DNA of 64,000 nucleotides, taken from assembly GCF_009914755.1 (NCBI RefSeq), contig NC_060933.1, one strand, 5' to 3'. The notes beneath the pieces are model-generated. The model saw nothing but the letters and a program-made list of their open reading frames with translations, searched no databases and was not told the origin of the DNA. The stretch is from the human T2T-CHM13v2.0 reference genome, Homo sapiens. Position 1 is the first letter of the stretch; every line of letters begins with the position of its first letter. The translations under genes were made by a program, and so were the position numbers. This document shows positions 1-14,200 of the stretch, piece by piece.

Positions 1-903
1 GGAATGGAATGGAACGGAAGGGAATGGAATGGAATGGAATGGAATGGAATCAACGCGAGTGGAGGGGAATGGAATGGAATGGAATGCAATGGAATGGGAT
101 CTTCCGGAATAGAATGGAATGGAATGGAATGGAATGAAATGCAATGGATTCAACTCGATTGCAATGGAATGGAATAGAATGGAATGGAATGGAATGCAAT
201 GGAATGGAATCATCCGCAATGGAATGGAATGGAATGGAATCAACTCCATTGCAATGGAATTGAATGGAATGGAATGGAATAGAATGGAATGGAATTAACC
301 CGAATAGAATGGAATGCAATAGAATGGAATGCAACGGAACCGAATGGAGCGGAATGGAATGGAATGGAATCAACCCGAGTAGAATGGAAGGGAATGGAAT
401 GGAATGGAAACTAATAGAATGGAATCAACCCGAGTGGAATGGAATGGAAAGGACTGGAATGGAAAGGAATGGAATGGAATGGAATGGAATGGAATGGAAT
501 CAACGCGAGTGCAGGGGAATGGAATGGAATCGAATGGAATGGAATGGAATGGAATGGAATCAACCCGAGTGCAGGGGAATGTAATGGAACGGAATGCAAT
601 GGAATGGAATCATCCGGAATGGAATGGAATGGAATGGAATGGAATCCACCCGAGTTCAGTGGAATGGAGTGGAATGGAATGGAATGGAATGGAACAACCC
701 GAATGGAATGGAATGTAATGGAGAGTAAGGGAGTTGAAAAAAATCAATCCGAATGTAATGGAATGGAATGGAACGGAATGGAATGGAATGGAATGAATGG
801 AATGGAAGGCAATGGAATGGAATCAACCCGAGTACAATGGAATGGAATGGAATGGAATGGAATGGAATGGAATGGAATGGAATGGAATGGAATGCAATGG
901 AAT

Positions 904-918
904 GGAATCTTCCGGAAT
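904..918. promoter_or_regulatory. Canonical heat-shock element (gGAAt-cTTCc-gGAAt), first intact example of a recurring module
   Basis: GGAATCTTCCGGAAT matches nGAAnnTTCnnGAAn exactly. Other left-arm copies include 2342, 4058, 6129, 11765, 12010, 13808, 14661, 15439, 16307, 16736, 17559 and 26224. Motif match only; occupancy is not shown. Confidence 0.6.
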
Positions 919-2155
919 GGAATGGAATGGAATGGAATGGAATGGAATGGAATGCAATGGATTCAACTCGATTGCAATGGAATGGAATAGAATGGAATGG
1001 AATGGAATTAAACCGTATAGAATGGAATGGAATGGAATGGAATGGAATGGAATGGAACGGAACGGAACGGAAAGGAGTGGAAAGGAATGGAATGGAATTG
1101 TATGGAATGGAATGGCATGGTACAGAATAGAATGGAATGGAAAGAATAGGAATGGAGTGGAATCGAATGGAATGGAATGGAATGGAATGGAATCAACCCG
1201 AGTGCAGGGGAATGTAATGGAACGGAATGCAATGGAATGGAATCATCCGGAATGGAATGGAATGGAATGGAATGGAATGGAATGGAATGGAATCAACCCG
1301 AGTGCAATGGAATGGAGTGGAACGGAATGGAATGGAATGGAACAACCCGAATGGAATGGAATGTAATGGAGAGTTAGGGAGTTGAATAGAATCAATCCGA
1401 ATGTAATGGAATGGAATGGAATGGAATGGAATGGAATGCAATGGAATGGAATCAACCCGAGTGCAATGGAATGGAGAGGAATGGAATGGAATGGAATGGA
1501 AACTACCCGAATGGAATGGAATGTAATGGAGTATAAGGGAATTGAATAGAATCAATCCGAATGGAATGGAATGGAATGGAACGGAATGTAATGGAATGGA
1601 ATGGAATGGAATCAACCCGAGTGCAGGGGAATGGAATGGAATGGAATGCAATGGAATGGAATCATCCGGAATGGAATGGAATGGAATGCAATGGAATGGA
1701 ATGGAATGGAATCAACCCGAGTGCAATGGAATGGAGTGAAATGGAATGGAATGGAATGGAAACAACCAGAATGGATTGGAATATAATGGAGTGTAAGGGA
1801 ATTGAATAGAATCAATCTGAATGTAATGAAATGGAATGGAACGGAATGGAATGGAATGGAATGGAATGGAATGGAATGGAATGGAATGCAATGGAATGGA
1901 ATCAACCCGAGTGCAATCGAATGGAATCGAATGGAATGGAATGCAATGGAATGGATTCAACTTGAATGGAATGGAAAGCATGGAATTAACACGAGTGGAA
2001 TGGCATGGATTGGAATGGAATGGAATGGAATCAACCCGAGTACAGGGGAATGGAATGGAATGGAATGCAATGGAATGGAATCATCCATAATGGAATGGAA
2101 AGGAATGGAATGGAATGGAATGGAATGGAATGGAATGGAATGGAATGGAATCAAC

Positions 2156-2169
2156 TCGATTGCAATCGA
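2156..2169. repeat. Recurring perfect 14-bp palindrome TCGATTGCAATCGA (example)
   Basis: Self-reverse-complementary. It recurs in most subunits of both arms, e.g. 27196-27209 just right of the breakpoint. Confidence 0.85.
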
Positions 2170-5100
2170 ATGGAATGGAATGGAATTAACCCGAATAGAA
2201 TGGAATGGAATGGAATGGAACGGAACGGAATGGAATGGAATGGAATGGAACGGAAAGGAAGGGAATGGAATGGAATAGAATGGAATGGAATGGAATCAAC
2301 GCGAGTGCAGGGGAATGGAATGGAATGGAATGCAATGGAATGGAATCTTCCGGAATGGAATGGAATGGAATGGAATGCAATGGAATGGAATCAACCCGAG
2401 TGCAATGGAATGGAGTGGAATGGAATGGAATGGAATGGAACAACCCGAATGGAATGGAATGGAATGGAGAGTAAGGGAGTTGAGTAGAATCAATCCGAAT
2501 GTAATGGAATGGAATGGAACGGAATGGAATTGAATGGAATGGAATGGAATGCAATGGAATGGAATCAACCCGAGTGCAATGGAATGGAGAGGAATGGAAT
2601 GGAATGGAATGGAAACTACCCGAATGGAATAGAATGTAATGGAGTGTAAGGGAATTGAATAGAATCAATCCGAATGTAATGGAATGGAATGGAACGGAAT
2701 GGAATGGAATGGAATGGAATGGAATGCAATGGAATGGAATCAACCCGAGTGCAATCGAATGGAATCGAATGGAATGGAATGCAATGGAATGGATTCAACT
2801 TGAATGGAATGGAAACAATGGAATCAACACGAGTTGAATGGCATGGATTGCAATGGAATGGAATGGAATCAACCCGAGTACAGGGGAATGGAATGGAATG
2901 GAATGCAATGGAATGGAATCATCCGTAATGTAATGGAAAGGAATGGAATGGAATGGAATGGAATGGAATGGAATGGAATGGTATGGAATGGAATGGAATG
3001 GTACGGAATAGAATGGAATGGAACGAATTGAAATGGAATGGAATTGAATGGAATGGAATGGAATGGAATGGAATCAACGAGAGTGCAGGGGAATATAATG
3101 GAACGGAATGCAATGGAATGGAATGGAACAACCCGAATGGAATGGAATGAAATGGAGAGTAAGGGAGTTGAATAGAATCAATCCGAATGTAATGGAATGG
3201 AATACAACGGAATGGAATGGAATGGAATGGAATGGAATGCAATGGAATGGAATCAACCCGAGTACAATGGAATGGAATGGAATGGAATGGAATGGAATGG
3301 AATGGATTGGAATACCTTCAAACCGAATGGAATGGAAAGGAATGGAATCAACACGAGTGGAATGGAATGGAATGGAATGGAATGGAATGGCATGGAATGG
3401 AATGGAATGATACGGAACAGAATGGAATGGAACGAAATGGAATGGAATGGAATGGAATGGAATGGAATGGAATCGTTCCGAGTGGAATAGGAGGGAAAGT
3501 ATTCGAGTGGAATGGAAAGGAATGGAATCAACCAGAGTAGAATGGAAGGGAATGGAATGGAATGGAAACTAATAGAATGGAATCAACCCGAGTGGAATGG
3601 AATGGAAAGGACTGGAATAGAAAGGAATGGAATGGAATGGAATGGAATGGAATGGAATGGAATGGAATGGAATCAACGCGAGTGCAGGGGAATGGAATGG
3701 AATCGAATGGAATGGAATGGAATGGAATGGAATCAACCCGAGTGCAAGGGAATGTAATGGAACGGAATGCAATGGAATGGAATCATCCGGAATGGAATGG
3801 AATGGAATCAACCCGAGTGCAACGGAATGGAGTGGAATGGAATGGAATGGAATGGAACAACCCGAATGGAATGGAATGTAATGGAGAGTAAGGGAGTTGA
3901 ATAGAATCAATCCGAATGTAATGGAAAGGAATGGAACGGAATGGAATGGAATTGAATGGAATGGAATGGAATGGAAAGCAACAGAATGGAATCAACCCGA
4001 GTACAATGGAATGGAATGGAATGGAATGGAATGGAATGGAATGGAATGCAATGGACTGGAATCTTCCGGAATGGAATGGAATGGAATGGAATCGAATGGA
4101 ATCGAATGGAATGGAATGCAATGGATTCAACTCGATTGCAATGGAATGGAATAGAATGGAATGGAATGGAATGGAATGGAATTAAACCGAATAGAATGGA
4201 ATGGAATGGAATGGAACGGAACGGAACGGAACGGAACGGAGTGGAATGGAAAGGAATGGAATTGTATGGAATGGAATGGCATGGTACGAAATAGAATGGA
4301 ATGGAAAGAATTGGAATGGAATGGAATCGAATGGAATGGAATGGAATGGAATGGAATCAACCCGAGTGCAGGGGAATGTAATGGAACGGAATGCAATGGA
4401 ATGGAATCATCCGAAATGGAATGGAATGGAGTGGAATGGAATGGAATAGAATGGAATGGAATCAACCCGAGTGCAATGGAATGGAGTGGAAAGGAATGGA
4501 ATGGAATGGAACAACCAGAATGGAATGGAATGTAATGGAGACTAAGAGAATTGAATAGAATCAATCCGAATGTAATGGAATGGAATGGAACGGAATGGAA
4601 TTGAATGGAATGGAATGGAATGCAATGGAATGGAATCAACCCGAGTGCAATGGAATGGAGAGGAATGGAATGGAATGGAAACTACCCGAATGGAATGGAA
4701 TGTAATGGAGTGTAAGGGAATTGAATAGAATCAATCCGAATGTAATGGAATGGAATGGAACGGAATGGAATGGAAAGGAATGGAATGGAATGGAATGGAA
4801 TGCAATGGAATGGAATCAACCCGAGTGCAATCGAATGGAATCGAATGGAATGGAATGCAATGGAATGGATTCAACTTGAATGGAATGGAAAGAATGGAAT
4901 CAACACGAGTGGAATGGCATGGATTGGAATGGAATGGAATGGAATCAACCCGAGTACAGGGGAATGGAATGGAATGGAATGCAATGGAATGGAATCATCC
5001 GTAATGGAATGGAAAGGAATGGAATGGAATGGAATGGAATGGAATGGAATGGAATGGAATGGAATCAACTCGATTGCAATCGAATGGAATGGAATGGAAT

Positions 5101-8100
5101 TAACCCGAATAGAATGGAATGGAATGGAATGGAACGGAATGAAACGGAATGGAATGGATTGGAATGGAATGGAATGGAATGGAATGGAATGGAATGGAAC
5201 GGAAAGGAATGGAATGGAATGGAATGGAATGGAATGGAATGGAATGGAATCAACGCGAGTGCAGGGGAATGGAATGGAATGGAATGCAATGGAATGGAAT
5301 CTTCGGGAATGGAATGGAATGGAATGGAATGGAATGGAATGGAATGGAATAAACCCGAGTGCAATGGAATGGAGTGGAATGGAATGGAATGGAATGGAAC
5401 AACCCGAATGGAATGGAACGTAATGGAGAGTAAGGGAGTTGAATAGAATCAATCCGAATGTAATGGAATGGAATGGAACGGAATGGAATTGAATGGAATG
5501 GAATGGAATGCAATGGAATGGAATCAACCCGAGTTCAATGGAATGGAGAGGAATGTAATGGAATGGAATGGAAACTACCCGAATGGAATGGAATGTAATG
5601 GAGTGTAAGGGAATTGAATAGAATCAATCCGAATGTAATGTAATGGAATGGAATGGAATGGAATGGAATGGAATGGAATGCAATGGAATGGAATCAACCC
5701 GAGTGCAATCGAATGGAATCGAATGGAATGGAATGCAATGGAATGGATTCAACTTGAATGGAATGGAAAGAATGGAATCAACACGAGTGGAATGGCATGG
5801 ATTGGAATGGAATGGAATGGAATCAACCCGAGTACAGGGGAATGGAATGGAATGGAATGCAATGGAATGGAATCATCCGTAATGGAATGGAAAGGAATGG
5901 AATGGAATGGAATGGAATGGAATCAACTCGAGTTCAATCGAATGGAATGGAATGGAATTAACACGAATAGAATGGAATGGAATGGAATGGAACGGAACGG
6001 AATGGAATGGAATGGAATGGAATGGAATGGAATGGAACGGAATGGAAGGGAATGGAATGGAATAGAATGGAATGGAATGGAATCAACGCGAGTGCAGGGG
6101 AATGGAATGGAATGGAATGCAATGGAATGGAATCTTCCGGAATGGAATGGAATGGAATGGAATGGAATGGAATGGAATGGAATGGAATGGAATAAACCCG
6201 AGTGCAATGGAATGGAGTGGAATGGAATGGAATGGAATGGAACAACCCGAATGGAATGGAATGTAATGGAGAGTAAGGGAGTTGAATAGAATCAATCTGA
6301 ATGTAATGGAATGGAGTGGAAGGGAATGGAATTGAATGGAATGGAATCGAATGCAATGTAATGGAATCAACCCGAGTTCAATGGAATGGAGAGGAATGGA
6401 ATGGAATGGAATGGAAACTACCCGAATGGAATGGAATGTAATGGAGTGTAAGGGAATTGAATAGAATCAATCCGAATGTAATGTAATGGAATGGAACGGA
6501 ATGGAATGGAATGGAATGGAATGGAATGGAATGGAATGGAACGGAATGGAATGGAATGGAATGGAATGGATTGGAATGGAATGGAATGCAATGGAATGGA
6601 ATCAACCCGAGTGCAATCGAATGGAATCGAATGGAAAAGAATGCAATGGAAAGGATTCAACTAGAATGGAATGGAAAGAATGGAATCAACACGAGTGGAA
6701 TGGCATGGATTGGAATGGAATGGAATGGAATCAACCCGAGTACAGGGGAATGGAATGGAATGGAATGCAATGGAATGGAATCATCCGTAATGGATTGGAA
6801 AGGAATGGAATGGAATGGAATGGAATGGAATCAACTCGATTGCAATCGAATGGAATGGAATGGAATCAAGCCGAGTACAGGGGAATGGAATGGAATGGAA
6901 TGCAATGGAATGGAATCATCCGTAATGGAATGGAAAGGAATGGAATGGAATGGAATGGAATGGAATGGAATGGAATGGAATGGAATCAACTCGATTGCAA
7001 TCGAATGGAATGGAATGGAATTAACCCGAATAGAATGGAATGGAATGGAATGGAACGGAACGGAATGGAATGGAATGGAATGGAATGGAATGGAACGGAA
7101 CGGAATGCAATGGAATGGAATGGAATGCAATCAACGCGAGTGCAGGGGAATGGAATGGAATGGAATGCAATGGAATGGAATCTTCCGGAATGGAATGGAA
7201 TGGAATGGAATGGAATGGAATCAATTCGATTGCAATCGAATGGAATGGAATGGAATTAACCCGAATAGAATGGAATGGAATGGAATGGATCGGAATGTAA
7301 TGGAATGGAATGCAATGGAACGGAACGGAACGGAATGGAATGGAATGGAATGGAATGGAATGGAATCAACGCGAGTGCAGGGGAATGGAATGGAATGGAA
7401 TGCAATGGAATGGAATCTTCCGGAATGGAATGGAATGGAATGGAATGGAATGAAATGCAATGGGTTCAACTCGATTGCATTGGAATGGAATATAATGGAA
7501 TGGAATGGAATGGAATGGAATTAATTCGAATAGAATGGAATGGAATGGAATGGAATGGAACGGAATGGAATGGAATGGAATGGAATGGTATGGAATGGAA
7601 TGGAATGGTACGGAATAGAATGGAATGGAACGAAATGGAATGGAATGGAATGGAATGGAATGGAATGGAATCGTTCCGAGTGGAATAGGATGGAATGTAT
7701 TCGAGTGGAATGGAAAGGAATGGAATCAACCAGAGTGGAATGGGAGGGAATGGAATGGAATGGAAACTAATAGAATGGAATCAACCCGAGAGGAATGGAA
7801 TGGAAAGGACTGGAATGGAATGGAATGGAATGGAATCAACTCGATTGTAATGGAATGGAATGGAATGGAATGGAATGGAATGGAATGGAATGGAATGGAA
7901 TTAACCCGAATACAATGCAATGGAATGGAATGGAACGGAATGGAGTGGAATGGAATGGAATCAACCCGAGTGCAGGGGGATGGAATGGAATGGAATGCAA
8001 TGGAATGGAATCATCCGGAATGGAATGGAATGGAATGGAATGCAAAGCAATGGAATCAACTCGATTGCAATGGAATGGAATGGAATGGAACGGAACGGAA

Positions 8101-11100
8101 TGGAATGGATTGGAATGGAATGGAATGGAATGGAATGGAACGGAAAGGAATGGAATGGAATGGAATGGAATGCAAAGCAATGGAATCAACTCGATTGCAA
8201 TGGAATGGAATGCAATGGAACGGAACGGAATGGAATGGATTGGAATGGAATGGAATGGAATGGAATGGAACGGAAAGGAATGGAATGGAATGGAATGGAA
8301 TGGAATGGAATGGAATCAACGCGAGTGCAGGGGAATGGAATGGAATGGAATGGAATGGAACGGAATGGAATGGAATGCAATGGAATGGAATCTTCCGGAA
8401 TGGAATGGAATGGAATGGAATGGAATGGAATGGAATGGAATAAACCCGAGTGCAATGGAATGGAGTGGAATGGAATGGAATGGAATGGAACAACCCGAAT
8501 GGAATGGAATGTAATGGAGAGTAAGGGAGTTGAATAGCATCAATCCGAATGTAATGGAATGGAATGGAACGGAATGGAATTGAATGGAATGGAATGGAAT
8601 GTAATGGAATGGAATCAACCCGAGTGCAATGGAATGGAGAGGAATGGAATGGAATGGAATGGAAACTACCCGAATGGAATGGAATGTAATGGAGTGTAAG
8701 GGAATTGAATAGAATCAATCCAAATGTAATGGAATGGAATGGAACGGAATGGAATGGAATGGAATGGAATGGAATGGAATGGAATGCAATGGAATGGAAT
8801 CAACCCGAGTGCAATCGAATGGAATCGAATGGAATGGAATGCAATGGAATGGATTCAACTTGAATGGAATGGAAAGAATGGAATCAACACGAGTGGAAGG
8901 GCATGGATTGGAATGCAATGGAATGGAATCAACCCGAGTACAGGGGAATGGAATGGAATGGAATGCAATGGAATGGAATCATCCGTAATGGAATGGAAAG
9001 GAATGGAATGGAATGGAATGGAATGGAATCAACTCGATTGCAATTGAATGGAATGGAATGGAATTAACCCGAATAGAATGGAATGGAATGGAATGGAACG
9101 GAACGGAATGGAATGGAATGGAATGGAATGGAATGGAATGGAATGGAACGGAAAGGAAGGGAATGGAATGGAATAGAATGGAATGGAATGGAATCAACGC
9201 GAGTGCAGGGGAATGGAATGCAATGGAATGCAATGGAATGGAATCTTCCGGAATGGAATGGAATGGAATGGAATGGAATGGAATCAACCCGAGTGCAATG
9301 GAATGGAGTGGAATGGAATGGAATGGAATGGAACAACCCGAATGGAATGGAATGTAATGGAGAGTAAGGGAGTTGAATAGAATCAATCCGAATGTAATGG
9401 AATGGAATGGAACGGAATGGAATTGAATGGAATGGAATGGAATGGAATGGAATGGAATCAACTCGAATGCAATGGAATGGAATAGAATGGAAAGGAGTAC
9501 ATTGGAATCAAGCCCAGTGGAATGGAATGGAAAGGACTGGAATGGAGTGGAATGGAATGGAATGGAATGGAATGGAATGGAATGGAATCAACCCGATTGG
9601 AATGGAATGGAATGGAATGGAATGGAATGGAATTAACCCGAATAGAATGGAGTGGAATGGAATGGAACGGAACGGAATGGAATGGAATGGAATGGAATGG
9701 AATGGAATGGAATCACCCCGACTGTAGGGGAATGGAATGGAATGGAAGGCAATGGAATGGATTCAACTTGAATGGAATGGAAAGAATGGAATCAACACGA
9801 GTGGAATGGCATGGATTGGAATGGAATGGAATGGAATCAACCCGAGTACAGGGGAATGGAATGGAATGGAATGCAATGGAATGGAATCATCCGTAATGGA
9901 ATGGAAAGGAATGGAATGGAATGGAATGTAATGGAATCAACTCGATTGCAATCGAATGGAATGGAGTGGAATTAACCCGAATAGAATGGAATGGAATGGA
10001 ATGGAACGGAACGGAACGGAACGGAACGGAACCGAGTGGAATGGAATGGAATGGAATTGTATGGAATGGAATGGCATGGTACGGAATAGAATGGAATGGA
10101 AAGAATTGGAATGGAATGGAATCGAATGGAATGGAATGGAATGGAATGGAATCAACCCGAGTGCAGGGGAATGTAATGGAATGGAATGCAATGGAATGGA
10201 ATCATCCGGAATTGAATGGAATGGAATGGAATGGAATGGAATGGAATGGAATGGAATGGAATCAACCCGAGTGCAATGGAATGGAGTGGAATGGAATGGA
10301 ATGGAATGGAACAACCCGAATGGAATGGAATGTAATGGAGAGTAAAGGAGTTGAATAGAATCAATCCGAATGTAATGGAATGGAACGATATGGAATGGAA
10401 TGGAATGGAATGGAATTTAATGGAATGGAATGCAATGGAATGGAATCAACCCGAGTACAATGGAACGGAATGGAATGGAATGGAATGGAATGGAATGGAA
10501 TGGAATGGACTGGAATCAACCCGAGTGCAATGGAATGGAGAGGAATGGAATGGAATGGAATGGAAACTACCCGAATGGAGTGGAATGTAATGGAGTGTAA
10601 GGGAATTCAATAGAATCAATCCGAATGGAATGGAATGGAATGGAACGGAATGTAATGGAATGGAATGGAATGAAATCAACCCAAGTGCAGGGGAATGGAA
10701 TGGAATGGAATGCAATGGAATGGAATCATCCGGAATGGAATGGAATGGAATGCAATGGAATGGAATGGAATGCAATGGAATGGAATGGAATGGAATCAAC
10801 CCGAGTGCAATGGAATGGAGTGAAATGGAATGGAATGGAATGGAAACAACCAGAATGGATTGGAATATAATGGAGTGTAAGGGAATTGAATAGAATAAAT
10901 CTGAATGTAATGAAATGTAATGGAACGGAATGGAATGGAATGGAATGGAATGGAATGGAATGGAATGGAATGGAATGGAATCAACCCGAGTGCAATGGAA
11001 TGGAGTGGAATGGAATGGAATGGAATGGAACAACCCGAATGGAATGGAATGTAATGGAGAGTAAGGGAGTTGAATAGAATCAATCCGAATGTAATGGAAT

Positions 11101-11299
11101 GGAATGGAAAGGAATGGAATTGAATGGAATGGAATGGAATGCAATGGAATGGAATCCACCCGAGTGCAATGGAATGGAGAGGAATGGAATGGAATGGAAT
11201 GGAAACTACCCGAATGCAATGGAATGTAATGGAGTGTAAGGGAATTGAATAGAATCAATCCGAATGTAATGGAATGGAATGGAACGGAATGGAATGGAA

Positions 11300-14200
11300 T
11301 GGAATGGAATGGAATGGAATGCAATGGAATGGAATCAACCCGAGTGCAATCGAATGGAATCGAATGGAATGGAATACAATGGAATGGATTCAACTTGAAT
11401 GGAATGGAAAGAATGGAATCAACACGAGTGGAAAGGCATCGATTGGAATGGAATGGAATGGAATCAACCCGAGTACAGGGGAATGGAATGGAATGGAATG
11501 CAATGGAATGGAATCATCCGTAATGGAATGGAAAGGAATGGAATGGAATGGAATGGAATGGAATGGAATGGAATCAACTCGATTGCAATCGAATGGAATG
11601 GAATGGAATTAACCCGAATAGAATGGAATGGAATGGAATGGAACGGAACGGAATGGAATGGAATGGAATGGAATGGAATGGAACGGAACGGAATGGAATG
11701 GAATGGAATGGAATGCAATCAACGCGAGTGCAGGGGAATGGAATGGAATGGAATGCAATGGAATGGAATCTTCCGGAATGGAATGGAATGCAATGGAATG
11801 GAATGGAATGGAATGGAATCAATTCGATTGCAATCGAATGGAATGGAATGGAATTAACCCGAATAGAATGGAATGGAATGGAATGGTTCGGAACGTAATG
11901 GAATGGAATGGAATGGAACGGAACGGAACGGAATGGAATGGAATGGAATGGAATGGAATGGAATCAACGCGAGTGCAGGGGAATGGAATGGAATGGAATG
12001 CAATGGAATGGAATCTTCCGGAATGGAGTGGAATGGAATGGAATGGAATGAAATGCAATGGGTTCAACTCGATTGCAATGGAATGGAATATAATGGAATG
12101 GAATGGAATGGAATGGAATTAATTCGAATAGAATGGAATGGAATGGAATGGAATGGAGAGGAATGGAATGGAATGGAATGGAATGGTATGGAATGGAATG
12201 GAAAGGTACGGAATAGAATGGAATGGAACGAATTGTAATGGAATGGAATTGAATGGAATGGAATGGAATGGAATGGAATCAACGCGAGTGCAGGGGAATG
12301 TAATGGAACGGAATGCAATGGAATGGAATCATCCGCAATGGAATGGAATGGAATGGAATGGAATGGAATCAACCCGAGCGCAATGGAATGGAGTGGAAAG
12401 GAATGGAATGGAATGGAACAACCCGAATGGAATGCAATGTAATGGAGAGTAAGGGAGTTGAAGAGAATCAATCCGAATGTAATGGAATGGAATGCAACGG
12501 AATGGAATGGAATGGAATGGAATGGAATGCAATGGAATGGAATCAACCCGAGTACAATGGAATGGAATGGAATGGAATGGAATGGAAGGAAATGGAATGG
12601 AATGGAATGCTACGGAATAGAATGGAATGGAACGAAATGGAATGGAATGGAATGGAATGGAATGGAATGGAATCGTTCCGAGTGGAATAGGAGGGAATGT
12701 AATCGACTGGAATGGAAAGGAATGGAATCAACCAGAGTGGAATGGGAGGGAATGGAATGGAATGGAAACTAATAGAATGGAATCAACCCGAGAGGAATGG
12801 AATGGAAAGGACTGGAATGGAATGGAATGGAATGGAATCAACTCGATTGTAATGGAATGGAATGGAATGGAATGGAATGGAATGGAATGGAATTAACCCG
12901 AATACAATGCAATGGAATGGAATGGAACGGAATGGAGTGGAATGGAATGGAATCAACCCGAGTGCAGGGGTATGGAATGGAATGGAATGCAATGGAATGG
13001 AATCATCCGGAATGGAATGGATTGGAATGGAATGCAAAGCAATGGAATCAACTCCATTGCAATGGAATGGAATGGAATGGAAAGGAATACATTGGAATCA
13101 ACCCGAGTGGAATGGAATGGAAAGGACTGGAATGGAGTGGAAAGGAATGGAATGGAATGGAATGGAATCAACTCGATTGGAATGGAATGGAATGGAATGG
13201 AAAGGAATGGAATGGAATGGAATGGAATTAACCCGAATAGAATGGAATGGAATGGAATGGAACGGAACGGAACGGAATGGAATGGAATGGAATGGAATGG
13301 AATGGAATGGAAACAACCCGACTGCAGGGGAATGGAATGGAATGGAATGCAATGGAATGGATTCAACTTGAATGGAATGGAAAGAATGGAATCAACACGA
13401 GTGGAATGGCATGGATTGGAATGGAATGGAATGGAATCAACCCGAGTACAGGGGAATGGAATGGAATGGAATGCAATGGAATGGAATCATCCGTAATGGA
13501 ATGGAAAGGAATGGAATGGAATGGAATGGAACGGAATGGAATGGAATCAACTCGATTGCAATCGAATGGAATGGAATGGAATTAACCCGAATAGAATGGA
13601 ATGGAATGGAATGGAATGGAACGGAACGGAATGGAATGGATTGGAATGGAATGGAATGGAATGCAATGGAACGGAAAGGAATGGAATGGAATGGAATGGA
13701 ATGGAATGGAATGGAATGGAATGGAATGGAATCAACGCGAGTGCAGGGGAATGGAATGGAATGGAATGGAATGGAATGGAACGGAATGGAATGGAATGCA
13801 ATGGAATGGAATCTTCCGGAATGGAATGGAATGGAATGGAATGGAATGGAATGGAATGGAATAAACCCGAGTGAAATGGAATGGAGTGGAATGGAATGGA
13901 ATGGAATGGAACAACCCGAATGGAATGGAATGTAATGGAGAGTAAGGGAGTTGAATAGAATCAATCCGAATGTAATGGAATGGAATGGAACGGAATGGAA
14001 TTGAATGGAATGGAATGGAATGCAATGGAATGGAATCAACCCGAGTGCAATGGAATGGAGAGGAATGGAATGGAATGGAATGGAAACTACCCGAATGGAA
14101 TGGAATGTAATGGAGTGTAAGGGAATTGAATAGAATCAATCCGAATGTAATGGAATGGAACGGAATGGAATGGAATGGAATGGAATGGAATGGAATGGAA

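Larger units (their letters stand above)
370..4560 (+). repeat. ~1-kb block duplicated at ~3.16-kb spacing (370-1400 and 3530-4560)
   Basis: Shared GAGTAGAATGGAAGGG...GGAAACTAATAG...GGACTGG and GGAATTGTATGG...GGCATGGTAC modules in the same order. ORF-track pairs 404/3562 and 411/3569 are offset by 3158. Confidence 0.75.

Noticed and set aside
2478-2500. DUX4-like site in TTGAATAGAATCAATCC-type modules
   Set aside because: It does not fit TAAYBBAATCA (mismatches at the first and fifth positions), and the DUX4 association is established for HSat2 rather than this sequence.
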